In this document: one piece after another, positions 47,422-57,766 of the stretch
Layout: every line of letters starts with the position of its first letter
Position numbering within the stretch: the stretch's first letter is position 1
Origin: Minisyncoccota bacterium
GTDB lineage: Bacteria; Patescibacteriota; Minisyncoccia; SW-4-49-11
NCBI GenBank assembly: GCA_032117235.1
Contig: JAULZW010000005.1
Location: 31,264-95,263, forward strand
Reading direction: 5' to 3'
DNA: 64,000 nt
The notes under the pieces: generated by a model
What the model saw: only the letters and a program-made list of their open reading frames with translations
Databases searched by the model: none
Told to the model about the DNA's origin: nothing
Position numbers and translations under genes: made by a program

Positions 47422-49476
47422 ATGCAAGAATTATTTTATCCAGAAAGTATTGCTATTATAGGAGCGTCTCGTAATAAATCTAAAATAGGCTCACTCATCT
47501 TTCATAATATTCTCAAGACTAACTATAAAGGAGAATTATTTTTGGTTAATCCTTCGGCTAGGCAAATTGAAGGTTTTCCAGTTTATAAAAGTATCAGTCA
47601 ATTGCCTCAGGGAATAAAAGTTGCTATCGTTGTTATTCCAGCTCAATTTGTATTAGATGCAGTAAAAGATTTGGGTATAAAAGGTATAAAATATGCAGTC
47701 ATTATATCTGCTGGATTTAAAGAATCAGGAACTGAAGGTAAATCTAGAGAAAAGTCACTAGCTAAAATTGCTAAAGTATATGGTATTAAAATTATTGGGC
47801 CAAATTGTCTAGGAATAATAAATAATGATTCAAATCGGTATGCTTATAATGGTTCTTTCAGTTTATTATCTCACTGCACTGGTAATGTCTCTTTAATTTC
47901 ACAATCAGGAGCTTTAATATCAGCCTTTATTGATAGAGCCGATAGTTTGAATATAGGCTTTAATAAACTTATTAGCCTAGGCAATAAGTTAGATTTAGAC
48001 GAAGTAGATAGTATCGAGTATTTAGAAAAAGATTCTAAAACCAAAGTAATTAGTCTTTATCTAGAAGGTATAGCCAGACCAATAGAATTTATCAAAGCTA
48101 TTAAAAATTCTAATAAACCAATTATTATTCTTAAAGCTGGTAGATCAGAAAAAGCTAAGAAAACCATTCAATCTCATACTGGTTCATTAGCTGGAGATGA
48201 AGTAATTATAGATACTTTGTTAAAAGAAGCAGGGGCAATCATAGTATATTCTCTAGAAGAGCTATTTGATACAGTACAATTATTTTCTAGATTTCAAAAT
48301 GTCTCTAGATTTGGAACATCTATTCTAACTAATGCTGGGGGATTGGGAGTCCTATCTGTTGATGCTAGTTCCGAGTATAATCTTAAACTGGCTAGTCTTG
48401 AAACAAAAGCTATTCAGCAACTGGAACAAGTTTTACCTTCTGCATCTAGTATTCATAACCCTGTAGATATTTTAGGAGACGCAGATTCAGTTAGATATCG
48501 TGAGGCCTTGCAAATTTTAATAAGAGAAAAATCAGTGGGCTCAGTAATTGTCTTGATTAGTCCTCAAGTTATGACTCCCTTGTCAGACATAGGTAGAGTT
48601 ATTCAAGAAATAGCTATCAAAATCCCTCATAAACCAATTCTAACCGTTATGGTAGGAGGGGATAAAACCACTCAAATAAAAAAAGAAATCAAAGACTTTC
48701 CTTTTTTTGAGACTCCAGAAAGAGCAATTAGAGCATTATCTAACTTGTATAAATATAATCATCAGTCACGTAATGCTAAACTTTGGGATGAACCAACGTC
48801 TTATGTTAAAAAATCATCAATTCAAAGTATTAATCAAGCCCTAGAAAAAGATAAATCCCAAGGACTACTTACCGCCTCTTTAGATACAATCAATTTAATG
48901 GCTAAAGAATTATCATTAGAACTTCCAAAAACTTTAGATATTAGATCTACTAAAGATATTAAAAAAATAGAAAAGCAATTACAATATCCTATAGTGTTAA
49001 AAGATGTAAATCCTAATATACTACATCGTACAGACTCAGGCCTAGTACGATTAGGAGTGAATAATTTAGATGAAGTCAAAAAATTCTATAAAGAACATAA
49101 AAATAGTCAAATTATAGCCCAAGAACAAGCTCAAAAAGGAATAGAAGTCTTCGTAGGAGTTAAAAGAGATCCTCAATTAGGCACGGTTTTATTACTAGGA
49201 TCTGGAGGAATTTATGCTGAAATTTTGAATGATATAACTTTTGCTAGTATGCCGATAAATAAACCTTACATTTTGAAATCTCTCAAAAAAACTAAAGTTT
49301 ACAAAATACTCAATGGAGCTAGAGGCACAAAATATGATATAAATTGGCTGATAGATAATATTTTTCAACTTAATTTATTAATTTACTCTATCTCAGAAAT
49401 TAAAGAACTAGATGTAAATCCAATCATAGTCTATCCAAAAGGAGGCTGTATTCTTGATCTAAAAGTTATTTTATAG
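47422..49476 (+). CDS. acetyl-CoA synthetase (ADP-forming), fused alpha/beta subunits
   Basis: N-terminal CoA-binding Rossmann SIAIIGASRNKSKIGS, a succinyl-CoA-ligase-like middle domain and a C-terminal ATP-grasp. 684 aa. Confidence 0.8.
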   Translation: MQELFYPESIAIIGASRNKSKIGSLIFHNILKTNYKGELFLVNPSARQIEGFPVYKSISQLPQGIKVAIVVIPAQFVLDAVKDLGIKGIKYAVIISAGFKESGTEGKSREKSLAKIAKVYGIKIIGPNCLGIINNDSNRYAYNGSFSLLSHCTGNVSLISQSGALISAFIDRADSLNIGFNKLISLGNKLDLDEVDSIEYLEKDSKTKVISLYLEGIARPIEFIKAIKNSNKPIIILKAGRSEKAKKTIQSHTGSLAGDEVIIDTLLKEAGAIIVYSLEELFDTVQLFSRFQNVSRFGTSILTNAGGLGVLSVDASSEYNLKLASLETKAIQQLEQVLPSASSIHNPVDILGDADSVRYREALQILIREKSVGSVIVLISPQVMTPLSDIGRVIQEIAIKIPHKPILTVMVGGDKTTQIKKEIKDFPFFETPERAIRALSNLYKYNHQSRNAKLWDEPTSYVKKSSIQSINQALEKDKSQGLLTASLDTINLMAKELSLELPKTLDIRSTKDIKKIEKQLQYPIVLKDVNPNILHRTDSGLVRLGVNNLDEVKKFYKEHKNSQIIAQEQAQKGIEVFVGVKRDPQLGTVLLLGSGGIYAEILNDITFASMPINKPYILKSLKKTKVYKILNGARGTKYDINWLIDNIFQLNLLIYSISEIKELDVNPIIVYPKGGCILDLKVIL

Positions 49477-49621
49477 TAAATTCTTGCTAAGATATCTTTA
49501 TTCTTAATAAGTTTTTATCTTCACTTACTTCCATCAACCAAAATTGTAACATTGAATTGATGTGTGTAAAATTAGAAATATGTTTTAGAGGGGTCTTTGG
49601 TTTAGATTATATCTTTACACT

Positions 49622-49858
49622 TTGTATTTTAATTATATCCCCTCCTTTCACAGATATAAAAAAGCAATATTTGAAGATGAAATATTTATGTCTCCTAGAT
49701 TATTCTTATCTAGCAATATATATGAACTTAATGCTATACTTTTTTCGTGGCTTATTGAATATTTATCTGTTCGTCCTCATACTTCTCTTAACTATCTTAC
49801 TCCTCTCCAATTCCTTGGCTCTATGTCTACGATCTCCTCATCTTATACAAACCCTTGA
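49622..49858 (+). pseudogene. relic of a DDE transposase/integrase (rve-domain C-terminus only)
   Basis: LIEYLSVRPHTSLNYLTPLQFL matches the YNxxRPHxxLxYxTPxEF signature at the end of IS3/IS481-type integrase cores. No catalytic domain remains. Confidence 0.45.
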
Positions 49859-49950
49859 CTAAATTATAGATATAGTTTATAATAGTTCAGAGTATGTTTG
49901 ACTCGTACGTGCTTTTATTAAGTTAAACAATAATAATTAAATACACTTCT

Positions 49951-51147
49951 ATGGCAACAGGGAAATATGAGCGCACAAAACCCCATGTAAACGTTGGAAC
50001 TATTGGTCACGTAGATCATGGTAAGACTACTTTGACAGCTGCTATTCTTAATGTTTTGAACTTAAGAGGTAATATGGTTACTAAAAAGGCAGTAAATGAA
50101 ATTGATGCTGCTCCTGAAGAAAAAGCAAGAGGAATTACTATTGCTGTAGCTCATGTTGAGTATGAATCAGACACAAGGCACTATGCTCATATTGATTGTC
50201 CGGGACATGCTGATTATATTAAAAATATGATCACTGGGGCAGCTCAAATGGATGGAGCTATTTTAGTGGTATCTGCAGCTGACGGACCTATGCCTCAAAC
50301 TCGTGAACATATTTTGTTAGCAAATCAAATTGGAGTACCTCAAATTGTTGTTTTCTTGAATAAAGTTGATCAAGTTGATGATGAAGAATTGGTAGAATTG
50401 GTAGAAGTAGAGGTTAGAGAATTATTGACCAAATATAGTTTTGATGGAGATAATGTTAGAATAGTTAGGGGGTCAGCTCTTAAGGCTCTTGAAGCTACTG
50501 ATGTTAATTCAGCAGAAGCAAAGCCTATTTTGGAATTAATTGACGCTTTAGATGAGGCTATTCCTGAACCAGTAAGAGAAATAGACAAGGATTTCTTAAT
50601 GCCAATTGAAGATATTTTCTCAATTGAAGGGAGAGGAACTGTTGTGACTGGAAGAATTGAAAAGGGTCTTATTAAAGTTAACTCTGAAGTAGAAATTGTA
50701 GGTCTAAAAGATACTCAAAAAACAGTTGTAACTGGAGTTGAAATGTTTAAAAAACTTCTTGATGAAGGTATGGCTGGAGATAATGTTGGTTTGCTTCTTC
50801 GTGGTGTGAAAAAAGAAGATGTAGAGAGAGGTCAGGTTCTTGCTAAGGTTGGTTCTATAACTCCTCACACTGAATTTGAAGCTGAAGTGTATGTTTTGAC
50901 TAAGGAAGAGGGTGGAAGGCATACTCCATTTGTATCTGGGTATAAGCCTCAGTTTTATATTAGAACTACTGATGTAACTGGTGAAATTACTTTACCTGAA
51001 GGTTCAGAGCTGGTTATGCCAGGGGATACTGTTACTGTAAAAGTTTCTTTGGTAGCTCCTATCGCTCTTACTGACCAGCAAAGATTTGCTATTAGAGAAG
51101 GTGGGCATACTGTTGGGGCTGGAGTTGTAACAAAAATTATTAAGTAG
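49951..51147 (+). CDS. tuf: elongation factor Tu
   Basis: [17 protein letters not shown] and NKVD GTPase motifs. 398 aa. Confidence 0.97.
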   Translation: MATGKYERTKPHVNVGTIGHVDHGKTTLTAAILNVLNLRGNMVTKKAVNEIDAAPEEKARGITIAVAHVEYESDTRHYAHIDCPGHADYIKNMITGAAQMDGAILVVSAADGPMPQTREHILLANQIGVPQIVVFLNKVDQVDDEELVELVEVEVRELLTKYSFDGDNVRIVRGSALKALEATDVNSAEAKPILELIDALDEAIPEPVREIDKDFLMPIEDIFSIEGRGTVVTGRIEKGLIKVNSEVEIVGLKDTQKTVVTGVEMFKKLLDEGMAGDNVGLLLRGVKKEDVERGQVLAKVGSITPHTEFEAEVYVLTKEEGGRHTPFVSGYKPQFYIRTTDVTGEITLPEGSELVMPGDTVTVKVSLVAPIALTDQQRFAIREGGHTVGAGVVTKIIK

Positions 51148-51167
51148 TCTCTGCGTAAGAAAAAGGT

Positions 51168-51500
51168 ATGTCATCTAAAAAAGAAGAGTATAAGTCAATA
51201 ATTAGGATTAAGATCAAAGCTTATGATTATAAGATTGCTGATCAATCCTCTGTGCAAATTATTAATACTGCTTTAAAATTTGGAGCTAATGTTGTGGGGC
51301 CTATTCCACTTCCTACCTCCATTAAAAAGTACACGGTATTAAAATCTACCTTTGTGCATAAAGACTCTAGAGATCAGTTTGAAATTAGAGTTCACAAAAG
51401 ATTGATAGATATTGCAGAGCCAAATTCTAAAGTTATTGACGCTCTTATGAATTTGAATTTACCAGTAGGAGTAGATATATCTATCAAATATTTGAATTAG
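51168..51500 (+). CDS. rpsJ: 30S ribosomal protein S10
   Basis: [17 protein letters not shown]...GPIPLPT. Confidence 0.9.
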   Translation: MSSKKEEYKSIIRIKIKAYDYKIADQSSVQIINTALKFGANVVGPIPLPTSIKKYTVLKSTFVHKDSRDQFEIRVHKRLIDIAEPNSKVIDALMNLNLPVGVDISIKYLN

Positions 51501-51522
51501 TAGTTAAGATGAGAGTATAAGT

Positions 51523-52101
51523 ATGAAGTTTTCGTTTGCTAAAAAGATTGGGATGACTCAGGTGTTTGAGGGTGGTTTAGTAATCCCTGTAACTAGAGTT
51601 CAATTATATTCAGATGTGAAAATACAAGCTCTCATCAAAAACTCTAAAAATGGATATAATGCTGTTCAAATTGGATCTAAGTATACTAAAAAAGTAAAAG
51701 ACTCTGTTCTCCCAAGACTATTAAAAGAAGTTAGAGTCAATGAGTTGCCAGATTTAGAAGTGGGAAAGGTATTAGATATATCTCAATATGAAGTTGGGAA
51801 TTCCATAACAATAAAAGGAATATCTAAAGGTAAGGGTTTTGCTGGAGTTGTAAAGAGACATAATTTCTCAGGAGCTAATGCTACCCATGGTACTAAGCAC
51901 ACTGAAAGATCTGGAGGATCTATAGGTTCTGGTTATCCAGAGCATGTTTTGAAGGGTCGCAAGATGCCAGGTAGAGATGGATTTAAATCTCAAACTCTAA
52001 AAAATATAAGGATAGTTGATATTGATGTAGAAAATAATCAATTATTATTAAAAGGATCAATTCCTGGTCCTAATAATGGATTGTTACAAATTGTTGGTTA
52101 G
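51523..52101 (+). CDS. rplC: 50S ribosomal protein L3
   Basis: KKIGMTQVFEGG N-terminus, in the canonical position after S10. Confidence 0.9.
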   Translation: MKFSFAKKIGMTQVFEGGLVIPVTRVQLYSDVKIQALIKNSKNGYNAVQIGSKYTKKVKDSVLPRLLKEVRVNELPDLEVGKVLDISQYEVGNSITIKGISKGKGFAGVVKRHNFSGANATHGTKHTERSGGSIGSGYPEHVLKGRKMPGRDGFKSQTLKNIRIVDIDVENNQLLLKGSIPGPNNGLLQIVG

Positions 52102-52109
52102 ATAATTAT

Positions 52110-52739
52110 ATGAAGATTCAAGTTTTTAATACTAAGGGAGAAGCAAAAGAGCAATATGAATTGCCTTCTGAAATATTTGGGATTAGTACCAATGATACTT
52201 TAGTACATCAAGTGTATAGATATCAGGTTCTAAATACGATCTATCCGGTAGCTCATACTAAAGATAGATCTGAAGTTCGTGGAGGTGGTAAAAAACCTTG
52301 GAAACAAAAAGGAACTGGTCGTGCTCGTCACGGTTCAACCAGATCTCCGATATGGCGTACGGGAGGTATAACTTTTGGACCTACTAGTTTAAAAAACTTT
52401 GCTATATCAATTAACAAAAAAATGAAGAGAAGAGCTTTGCTTATGGTTTTGTCCTCAAGAGTTGCTAATAACAAATTTATTTTATTAGATGACTTTACAT
52501 TGTCTCAAATGAAGACTAAGAATGCTTTATCAATTCTTAGTAATTTAAAATTAGACTCTATTAAAACTCTAGTTGTATTTGATAGAAAAAATAAGAATAT
52601 TGAGAAATCTTTTTCTAATATCCCTAATGTTTCATTACTCCCTTTTGATTCATTGAACTTAATAGATATTCTAAAAGCAGATACAGTTTTAACCGACATA
52701 TCTTCAGTTGAAAGTATTAAGAATATTTATATCAATTAA
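52110..52739 (+). CDS. rplD: 50S ribosomal protein L4
   Basis: RGGGKKPWKQKGTGRARHGS block. Confidence 0.88.
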   Translation: MKIQVFNTKGEAKEQYELPSEIFGISTNDTLVHQVYRYQVLNTIYPVAHTKDRSEVRGGGKKPWKQKGTGRARHGSTRSPIWRTGGITFGPTSLKNFAISINKKMKRRALLMVLSSRVANNKFILLDDFTLSQMKTKNALSILSNLKLDSIKTLVVFDRKNKNIEKSFSNIPNVSLLPFDSLNLIDILKADTVLTDISSVESIKNIYIN

Positions 52740-52749
52740 TTTTTGAGTT

Positions 52750-53076
52750 ATGGCAAATAAGAAAGAAGTTAAAAGTGAATCCACACAAGAGCTAAGACAT
52801 AATATCAATTCTTATAAATTGTTGGTTAAGCCTATTATTACTGAAAAAAGTTATTCTTTATTTCAAAATAGAAAGTATTCATTTGAAGTAGTAAAAGAAT
52901 CTAACAAACAAGAGATTGCAAAAGCTGTAGAATTGTTGTATAATGTAAAGGTTTCTCAAGTTAGAGTTATTAATATTAAACCAAGAAATGTATTCGTTCG
53001 AGGTAAAAAGGGGAAAACTAGTAGTTATAAAAAAGCTATTGTTTCTCTACAAGAAGGATATAGTATCACTATTTAG
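52750..53076 (+). CDS. rplW: 50S ribosomal protein L23
   Basis: Size and position, with a KPIITEKS...YSFEV block. Confidence 0.85.
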   Translation: MANKKEVKSESTQELRHNINSYKLLVKPIITEKSYSLFQNRKYSFEVVKESNKQEIAKAVELLYNVKVSQVRVINIKPRNVFVRGKKGKTSSYKKAIVSLQEGYSITI

Positions 53077-53081
53077 TAAGT

Positions 53082-53909
53082 ATGATTAAGCACCGTAAAC
53101 CTACCACTCCAGGAAGAAGAAAAAGCTCAGTAGTTGATTATAGAGCTGTTTTGACTAAAACAATTCCAGAAAAATCTTTATTAGCTCCAATTAACTCTAT
53201 GTCAGGTAGAAATTCAAGAGGAGTTATTACTGTTAGACATAAAGGGGGACGTAATAAAAGAATGTATAGATTAGTAGACTTTAAGCAAAAAAGATTAGAT
53301 ATTGATGCTATTGTGAAGTCTATAGAGTATGATCCTAATCGTTCAGCTTTTATTGCATTGATTACTTATACTGATGGAATAAAGTCTTATATTTTAGCAT
53401 CATCAAAATTAGCTGTAGGTCAAAGACTTATCTTTAGTAAACAAGCTCCATTAGTGTCTGGAAATCGTTTAGCCATTGAATATATTCCGGTTGGAACTGA
53501 AATTTATAATTTAGAATTATTCCCAGGTAAGGGGGGGCAAATTATTCGCTCAGCTGGAAGTGCAGGACAAGTTCTTGCGGTAGAAGATAACTATGCTCTT
53601 GTTAAATTGCCTTCTGGGGAAGTAAGAAAAGTACATAAAACAGTATATGCTAGTATTGGTAGAGTTAGTAATGAGTCACATATGCTAGAAAATATTGGAA
53701 AAGCTGGACGAAACCGATGGCGAGGTGTTAGGCCTGCCGTGAGAGGAAGTGCTATGAACCCAGTGGATCATCCTCATGGGGGAGGAGAAGGAAGACAGCC
53801 AATTGGTCTGAAATCTCCTAAAACTCCTTGGGGTAAAATTGCTCTTGGAAAGAAGACTCGTAAGAAAAGCAAGTCTAGCAATAAGTTTATTATAAGTAGA
53901 AGAAAATAA
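53082..53909 (+). CDS. rplB: 50S ribosomal protein L2
   Basis: [19 protein letters not shown] and the HPHGGGEGR motif. Confidence 0.95.
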   Translation: MIKHRKPTTPGRRKSSVVDYRAVLTKTIPEKSLLAPINSMSGRNSRGVITVRHKGGRNKRMYRLVDFKQKRLDIDAIVKSIEYDPNRSAFIALITYTDGIKSYILASSKLAVGQRLIFSKQAPLVSGNRLAIEYIPVGTEIYNLELFPGKGGQIIRSAGSAGQVLAVEDNYALVKLPSGEVRKVHKTVYASIGRVSNESHMLENIGKAGRNRWRGVRPAVRGSAMNPVDHPHGGGEGRQPIGLKSPKTPWGKIALGKKTRKKSKSSNKFIISRRK

Positions 53910-53919
53910 TTGTAAGTAT

Positions 53920-54186
53920 ATGTCAAGAAGTCTTAAAAAAGGTCCATATATTGATGAAAAGCTTATTGCTAAGGTTTTAGCTTTGAAACCAGGAGATTCT
54001 ACTATTATTAAAACTTGGGCTCGTCATAGTACAATTACTCCAGAAATGGTTGGATTTACTTTTGGAGTACATAATGGTAAGACTCATATTTCAGTTTATG
54101 TTAAAGAAGATATGGTAGGACATAAATTAGGAGAGTTTTCACCAACCCGTAAGTTTATTGGTCACGGAGGTAAGAAAGTTAAATAG
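53920..54186 (+). CDS. rpsS: 30S ribosomal protein S19
   Basis: [13 protein letters not shown]-terminus and [12 protein letters not shown]. Confidence 0.95.
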   Translation: MSRSLKKGPYIDEKLIAKVLALKPGDSTIIKTWARHSTITPEMVGFTFGVHNGKTHISVYVKEDMVGHKLGEFSPTRKFIGHGGKKVK

Positions 54187-54193
54187 TATCTTT

Positions 54194-54712
54194 ATGGAAT
54201 GGAATGCAACTCTTAAAAACCTTAGAATAAGTCCAAGAAAAGCTCGTCTTGTAGTTGATGCTGTTCGTGGAAAATCAGTTCGTGAAGCTATTTTAATTTT
54301 AGATACTGTTTATAAAAAGTCTAGTTTACCAGTCAAAAAATTAATTCAATCAGCATTAGCTAATGCTAAAAAACAGGATTCTGTTTTGGAATCTCAGTTA
54401 AAAGTAGAAAAAATTTATGTAGATGCTGGGATAACATTAAAAAGATTTAGACCACGTGCATTTGGAAGAGCCTATACTATTCGTAAAAGAAGTTCACATA
54501 TTAGTTTGACTTTAGGGGAATTAGATATAGTAAAAAACCGTAAATTAAAATCAGAATTACATGAAACTTCAACCAAAGAAGATGTAGAGACTAAATCTTT
54601 AGATAAAGAATTAAAACCAAAAACTACACAAGCTAAAAGTACTAAGAAAGCTACCACACCTAAAAAGTCTGTTGATAGTAAAGCTACCAAAAAAACAGTT
54701 AGCGATAAATAA
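54194..54712 (+). CDS. rplV: 50S ribosomal protein L22 with Lys/Thr-rich C-terminal extension
   Basis: L22 core (ISPRKARLVVDAVRGKSV...RPRAFGRAYTIRKRSSHI), then a low-complexity lysine-rich tail of about 60 aa. Confidence 0.85.
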   Translation: MEWNATLKNLRISPRKARLVVDAVRGKSVREAILILDTVYKKSSLPVKKLIQSALANAKKQDSVLESQLKVEKIYVDAGITLKRFRPRAFGRAYTIRKRSSHISLTLGELDIVKNRKLKSELHETSTKEDVETKSLDKELKPKTTQAKSTKKATTPKKSVDSKATKKTVSDK

Positions 54713-54721
54713 TTTAGATAT

Positions 54722-55369
54722 ATGGGAAATAAGATTTCAGCAAATTTATATAGACTAGGAGTTACTAAAAACTGGAACTCTCGTTGGTTCGGTACTGCTC
54801 GTAATTTACCTAAAGATTTACAGGAAGATGCTAAAATACGTAAATTTATCAATAAATCACTACCTAAATCAGGTATAAGTCATATTGATATTGAAAGAAG
54901 CCCAAAACTTATTAATATTATTATACATACCTCAAGAGCCGGAATGATTATTGGAAGAGGTGGATCTGGAATTGAAACTTTGAAAAAGAATATTAAGCAA
55001 TTAATAGGAACTCAAATAGATTTGAGATTAACTGTAGAAGAAATTAAAAATCCTAATGAAAACGCTTCTATTATAGGTGAGAATATTGCTGAACAATTAG
55101 AAAAAAGAATTCCATTTAGAAGAATATTGAAGCAAACTATAGAGAATGTATATCAAAGTCATAATGTGAAGGGAGTAAAAATATTGCTTAGCGGTAGATT
55201 AGATGGAGCAGAAATGTCTAGAGCAGAGTATTTAACTAAAGGTAAGATTCCTTTAGCTACTCTTAGAGCTGATATTGATTTTGCTAAGAAAACTGCTTAT
55301 ACCAAATATGGAACTACTGGAATTAAGGTTTGGATATATAAGGGAGATGTAGTAGCAGATGAAAATTAA
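54722..55369 (+). CDS. rpsC: 30S ribosomal protein S3
   Basis: MGNKISANLYRLGVTKNW...GRGGSGIE KH-domain block. Confidence 0.95.
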   Translation: MGNKISANLYRLGVTKNWNSRWFGTARNLPKDLQEDAKIRKFINKSLPKSGISHIDIERSPKLINIIIHTSRAGMIIGRGGSGIETLKKNIKQLIGTQIDLRLTVEEIKNPNENASIIGENIAEQLEKRIPFRRILKQTIENVYQSHNVKGVKILLSGRLDGAEMSRAEYLTKGKIPLATLRADIDFAKKTAYTKYGTTGIKVWIYKGDVVADEN

Positions 55370-55388
55370 TTAACTTAAGAATAGGATT

Positions 55389-55808
55389 ATGTTATTAGCA
55401 CCAAGAAAGACCAAGCATAGAAAAGTTCATAAAGGAAAGCCTTCCGAAAAACTAACTGTTGCCTCTAGAGGAATAGAGTTGTCATTTGGCTCTTATGGAC
55501 TTAAAGCTACTGAAGCTAAGTGGATTACTGCAAGACAAATTGAGTCTGCCAGAAGAGCTATTACTAGATACACATCTAGAGGTGGTAAAGTTTGGATTAG
55601 AGTTTTCCCACATAAACCTATTACTGCTAAAAGTGCTGAAGTAGGTATGGGAAAAGGAAAAGGAGCGGTAGATCATTATGTGGTTAACCTTAAAGCTGGT
55701 AAAATTCTATTTGAGATTGATGGAGTTTCTGCTGAAGTAGCTTCTGAAGCTCTTAAAAGAGCTGGAGCTAAGTTGCCAGTTAAGACTAAGTTTATTAGCA
55801 AAGATTAG
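55389..55808 (+). CDS. rplP: 50S ribosomal protein L16
   Basis: MLLAPRKTKHRKVHKG N-terminus. Confidence 0.95.
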   Translation: MLLAPRKTKHRKVHKGKPSEKLTVASRGIELSFGSYGLKATEAKWITARQIESARRAITRYTSRGGKVWIRVFPHKPITAKSAEVGMGKGKGAVDHYVVNLKAGKILFEIDGVSAEVASEALKRAGAKLPVKTKFISKD

Positions 55809-55817
55809 TAAAAAGTA

Positions 55818-55846
55818 TTGACTAATGCTAAAAAATTAGATATAAT
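55818..55846 (+). promoter_or_regulatory. consensus sigma70-like promoter (TTGACT-17 nt-TATAAT) between rplP and rpmC
   Basis: TTGACT at 55818-55823, a 17-nt spacer, then TATAAT at 55841-55846. It lies in an unusual 79-nt gap and is followed by an RBS-like aggaacatagg before the rpmC ATG. Confidence 0.4.
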
Positions 55847-55887
55847 AGATTTTATGCTATATTAATGTGTTAAGAGGAACATAGGTT

Positions 55888-56079
55888 ATGAGTAAGAATA
55901 TATACAGTACTAAGTCACAGGAAGAATTACAAAATATTTTATCTGATAAAAAGATAGAATTAGGTAAGTTAGTATTTGTAAAAAATGATCCTTCTCAGAA
56001 GACTAATAGTGCTTCTTTAAAAACATTAAGAAAAGATATCTCTCGTATTAAAACATTATTGAATCAATCATCTAAATAA
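55888..56079 (+). CDS. rpmC: 50S ribosomal protein L29
   Basis: 63-aa helical protein at the L29 position, with an EELQNILSDKKIELGKL block. Confidence 0.8.
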   Translation: MSKNIYSTKSQEELQNILSDKKIELGKLVFVKNDPSQKTNSASLKTLRKDISRIKTLLNQSSK

Positions 56080-56081
56080 TT

Positions 56082-56339
56082 ATGTCCGATATTATAATCA
56101 CATCTAATACAGTTAACAAGAGAACTTTAAAAGGTAAAGTTACATCTATTGCTATGCAAAAAACAGTGGTTGTTGCTGTGAATAAAACTAAATTAGATCC
56201 TTTATATAAGAAAAGATATACAGTTACTAAAAAATATAAAGCACATAATGAGAACGATGCAATTCAAGTAGGTGATGAAGTAATGATCAGAGAATCAAAG
56301 CCTTTGTCTAAGCATAAAAGATGGGTAGTAATACAATAA
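56082..56339 (+). CDS. rpsQ: 30S ribosomal protein S17
   Basis: RTLKGKVTS...KTVVV OB-fold pattern. Confidence 0.9.
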   Translation: MSDIIITSNTVNKRTLKGKVTSIAMQKTVVVAVNKTKLDPLYKKRYTVTKKYKAHNENDAIQVGDEVMIRESKPLSKHKRWVVIQ

Positions 56340-56340
56340 T

Positions 56341-56709
56341 ATGATTCAGAAAGAGACTAAGTTGAAAGTAGCTGATAACTCAGGAGCAAAAATCATTGAA
56401 TGTTTCAATGTCTTGGGAGGAACTCGTAAAAGATATGCTCAATTGGGTGATATTATTGTGGCATCTGTTAAGAGTGCTGAGCCCCGAGCTACTGTTAAAA
56501 AGGGAGATGTAGTTAAAGCTGTTATCGTTAGACAATGTAAAGAATATCGTAGATCAGATGGATCTTATATTAGATTTAGCGAAAATGCAGCGGTAATTAT
56601 TAACAATAGTAAAGAGCCTGTAGGAACTCGTGTATTCGGGCCAATTGCTAGAGAAATCAGAGAGTCCGGATATATGAAAATTGTATCATTAGCACCAGAA
56701 GTGTTGTAA
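56341..56709 (+). CDS. rplN: 50S ribosomal protein L14
   Basis: [18 protein letters not shown]-terminus. Confidence 0.95.
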   Translation: MIQKETKLKVADNSGAKIIECFNVLGGTRKRYAQLGDIIVASVKSAEPRATVKKGDVVKAVIVRQCKEYRRSDGSYIRFSENAAVIINNSKEPVGTRVFGPIAREIRESGYMKIVSLAPEVL

Positions 56710-56722
56710 TTATAGTAATAGT

Positions 56723-57028
56723 ATGAAGATTCGTAAAAATGACATTGTAGAGGTTATCACTGGAAAGGATAAAGGCAAAAGAGGGAAAGTACTTGAAGTT
56801 ATTACTTCTAGAAACCGTCTTCGTGTTGAAGGTGTTATGTTAGTAAAAAAACATCAGAAACCTCGTCAAAATGGAGAAATTGGAACTATTATAGAGAAAC
56901 CATCTACTATACATATTTCTAATGTGGCTTTTGTTGATTCTGAAACTTCTACGAGAACTAAAGTTTCATATAAGTTATTAGAGGGTAAAAAAGTTAGATA
57001 TAGTCATAAGTTGAATAAAGAATTGTAA
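56723..57028 (+). CDS. rplX: 50S ribosomal protein L24
   Basis: MKIRKNDIVEVITGKDKGKRGKV KOW motif. Confidence 0.9.
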   Translation: MKIRKNDIVEVITGKDKGKRGKVLEVITSRNRLRVEGVMLVKKHQKPRQNGEIGTIIEKPSTIHISNVAFVDSETSTRTKVSYKLLEGKKVRYSHKLNKEL

Positions 57029-57029
57029 T

Positions 57030-57569
57030 ATGTCAAGTTTAAAAATACGTTATCAAGATAGTTTGAAGCCAGAGCTAATGAAAGAGTTTGCAATAAACAA
57101 TTCACTCGCTGCTCCTAAAATAGAGAAAATAACTCTAAATGTTGGTACTGGAAAAAACTTTCGTGATGTACAGAAGTTTGAAAAAGTAAAATCTATTTTA
57201 ACTACAATTGCTGCTCAGCAACCTATCTCAGTAGTTGCTAAAAGTTCTATAGCTCAATTTAAAACTAGAAAGGGTATGACTATAGCACTTAAAGTTACTT
57301 TAAGAGGAGAGAGGATGTATGACTTTTTAGATAGACTAATTAGTATTGCCCTACCTAGAACTAGAGATTTTCAAGGCATTGAATCTACTAAGATTGATGC
57401 TCAAGGAAATGTTAACTTTGGCATTAAAGAGCAAATTATTTTTCCAGAACTGTCTAATGAAGAGCTTGGTATTAACTTTGGACTACAAGTTAATATTACA
57501 GTTTCTAATTCTAATAAGGAAAAAAGTCTTTATCTATTAAAATCAATGGGATTCCCATTTAAGCAATAA
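57030..57569 (+). CDS. rplE: 50S ribosomal protein L5
   Basis: Position and an L5 block ([13 protein letters not shown]...[13 protein letters not shown]). Confidence 0.95.
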   Translation: MSSLKIRYQDSLKPELMKEFAINNSLAAPKIEKITLNVGTGKNFRDVQKFEKVKSILTTIAAQQPISVVAKSSIAQFKTRKGMTIALKVTLRGERMYDFLDRLISIALPRTRDFQGIESTKIDAQGNVNFGIKEQIIFPELSNEELGINFGLQVNITVSNSNKEKSLYLLKSMGFPFKQ

Positions 57570-57580
57570 TATTATACTAT

Positions 57581-57766
57581 ATGGCTACAGAAGCACACAT
57601 CGCAAAATCTAAGAAGAAGCAAAAATTTACAACTAGAGGAGTAAATAGATGCTTTAGTTGTGGACGTCATAGAGGTTATATGCGAGACTTTGGATTGTGT
57701 AGAATTTGTTTCAGAGAAATGGCATCACAAAGAGTAATCCCAGGTGTTAAAAAATCTAGTTGGTAA
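57581..57766 (+). CDS. rpsN: 30S ribosomal protein S14, zinc-binding short type
   Basis: 61 aa with [10 protein letters not shown]...CRIC tetracysteine. Confidence 0.9.
   Translation: MATEAHIAKSKKKQKFTTRGVNRCFSCGRHRGYMRDFGLCRICFREMASQRVIPGVKKSSW

Noticed and set aside
49477-49950. tRNA genes upstream of tuf (common tRNA-Thr/Tyr/Gly context)
   Set aside because: No T-loop-like GGTTCGA or TTCGATC motifs and no cloverleaf candidates in the spacer. The only recognisable content is the transposase C-terminal relic.
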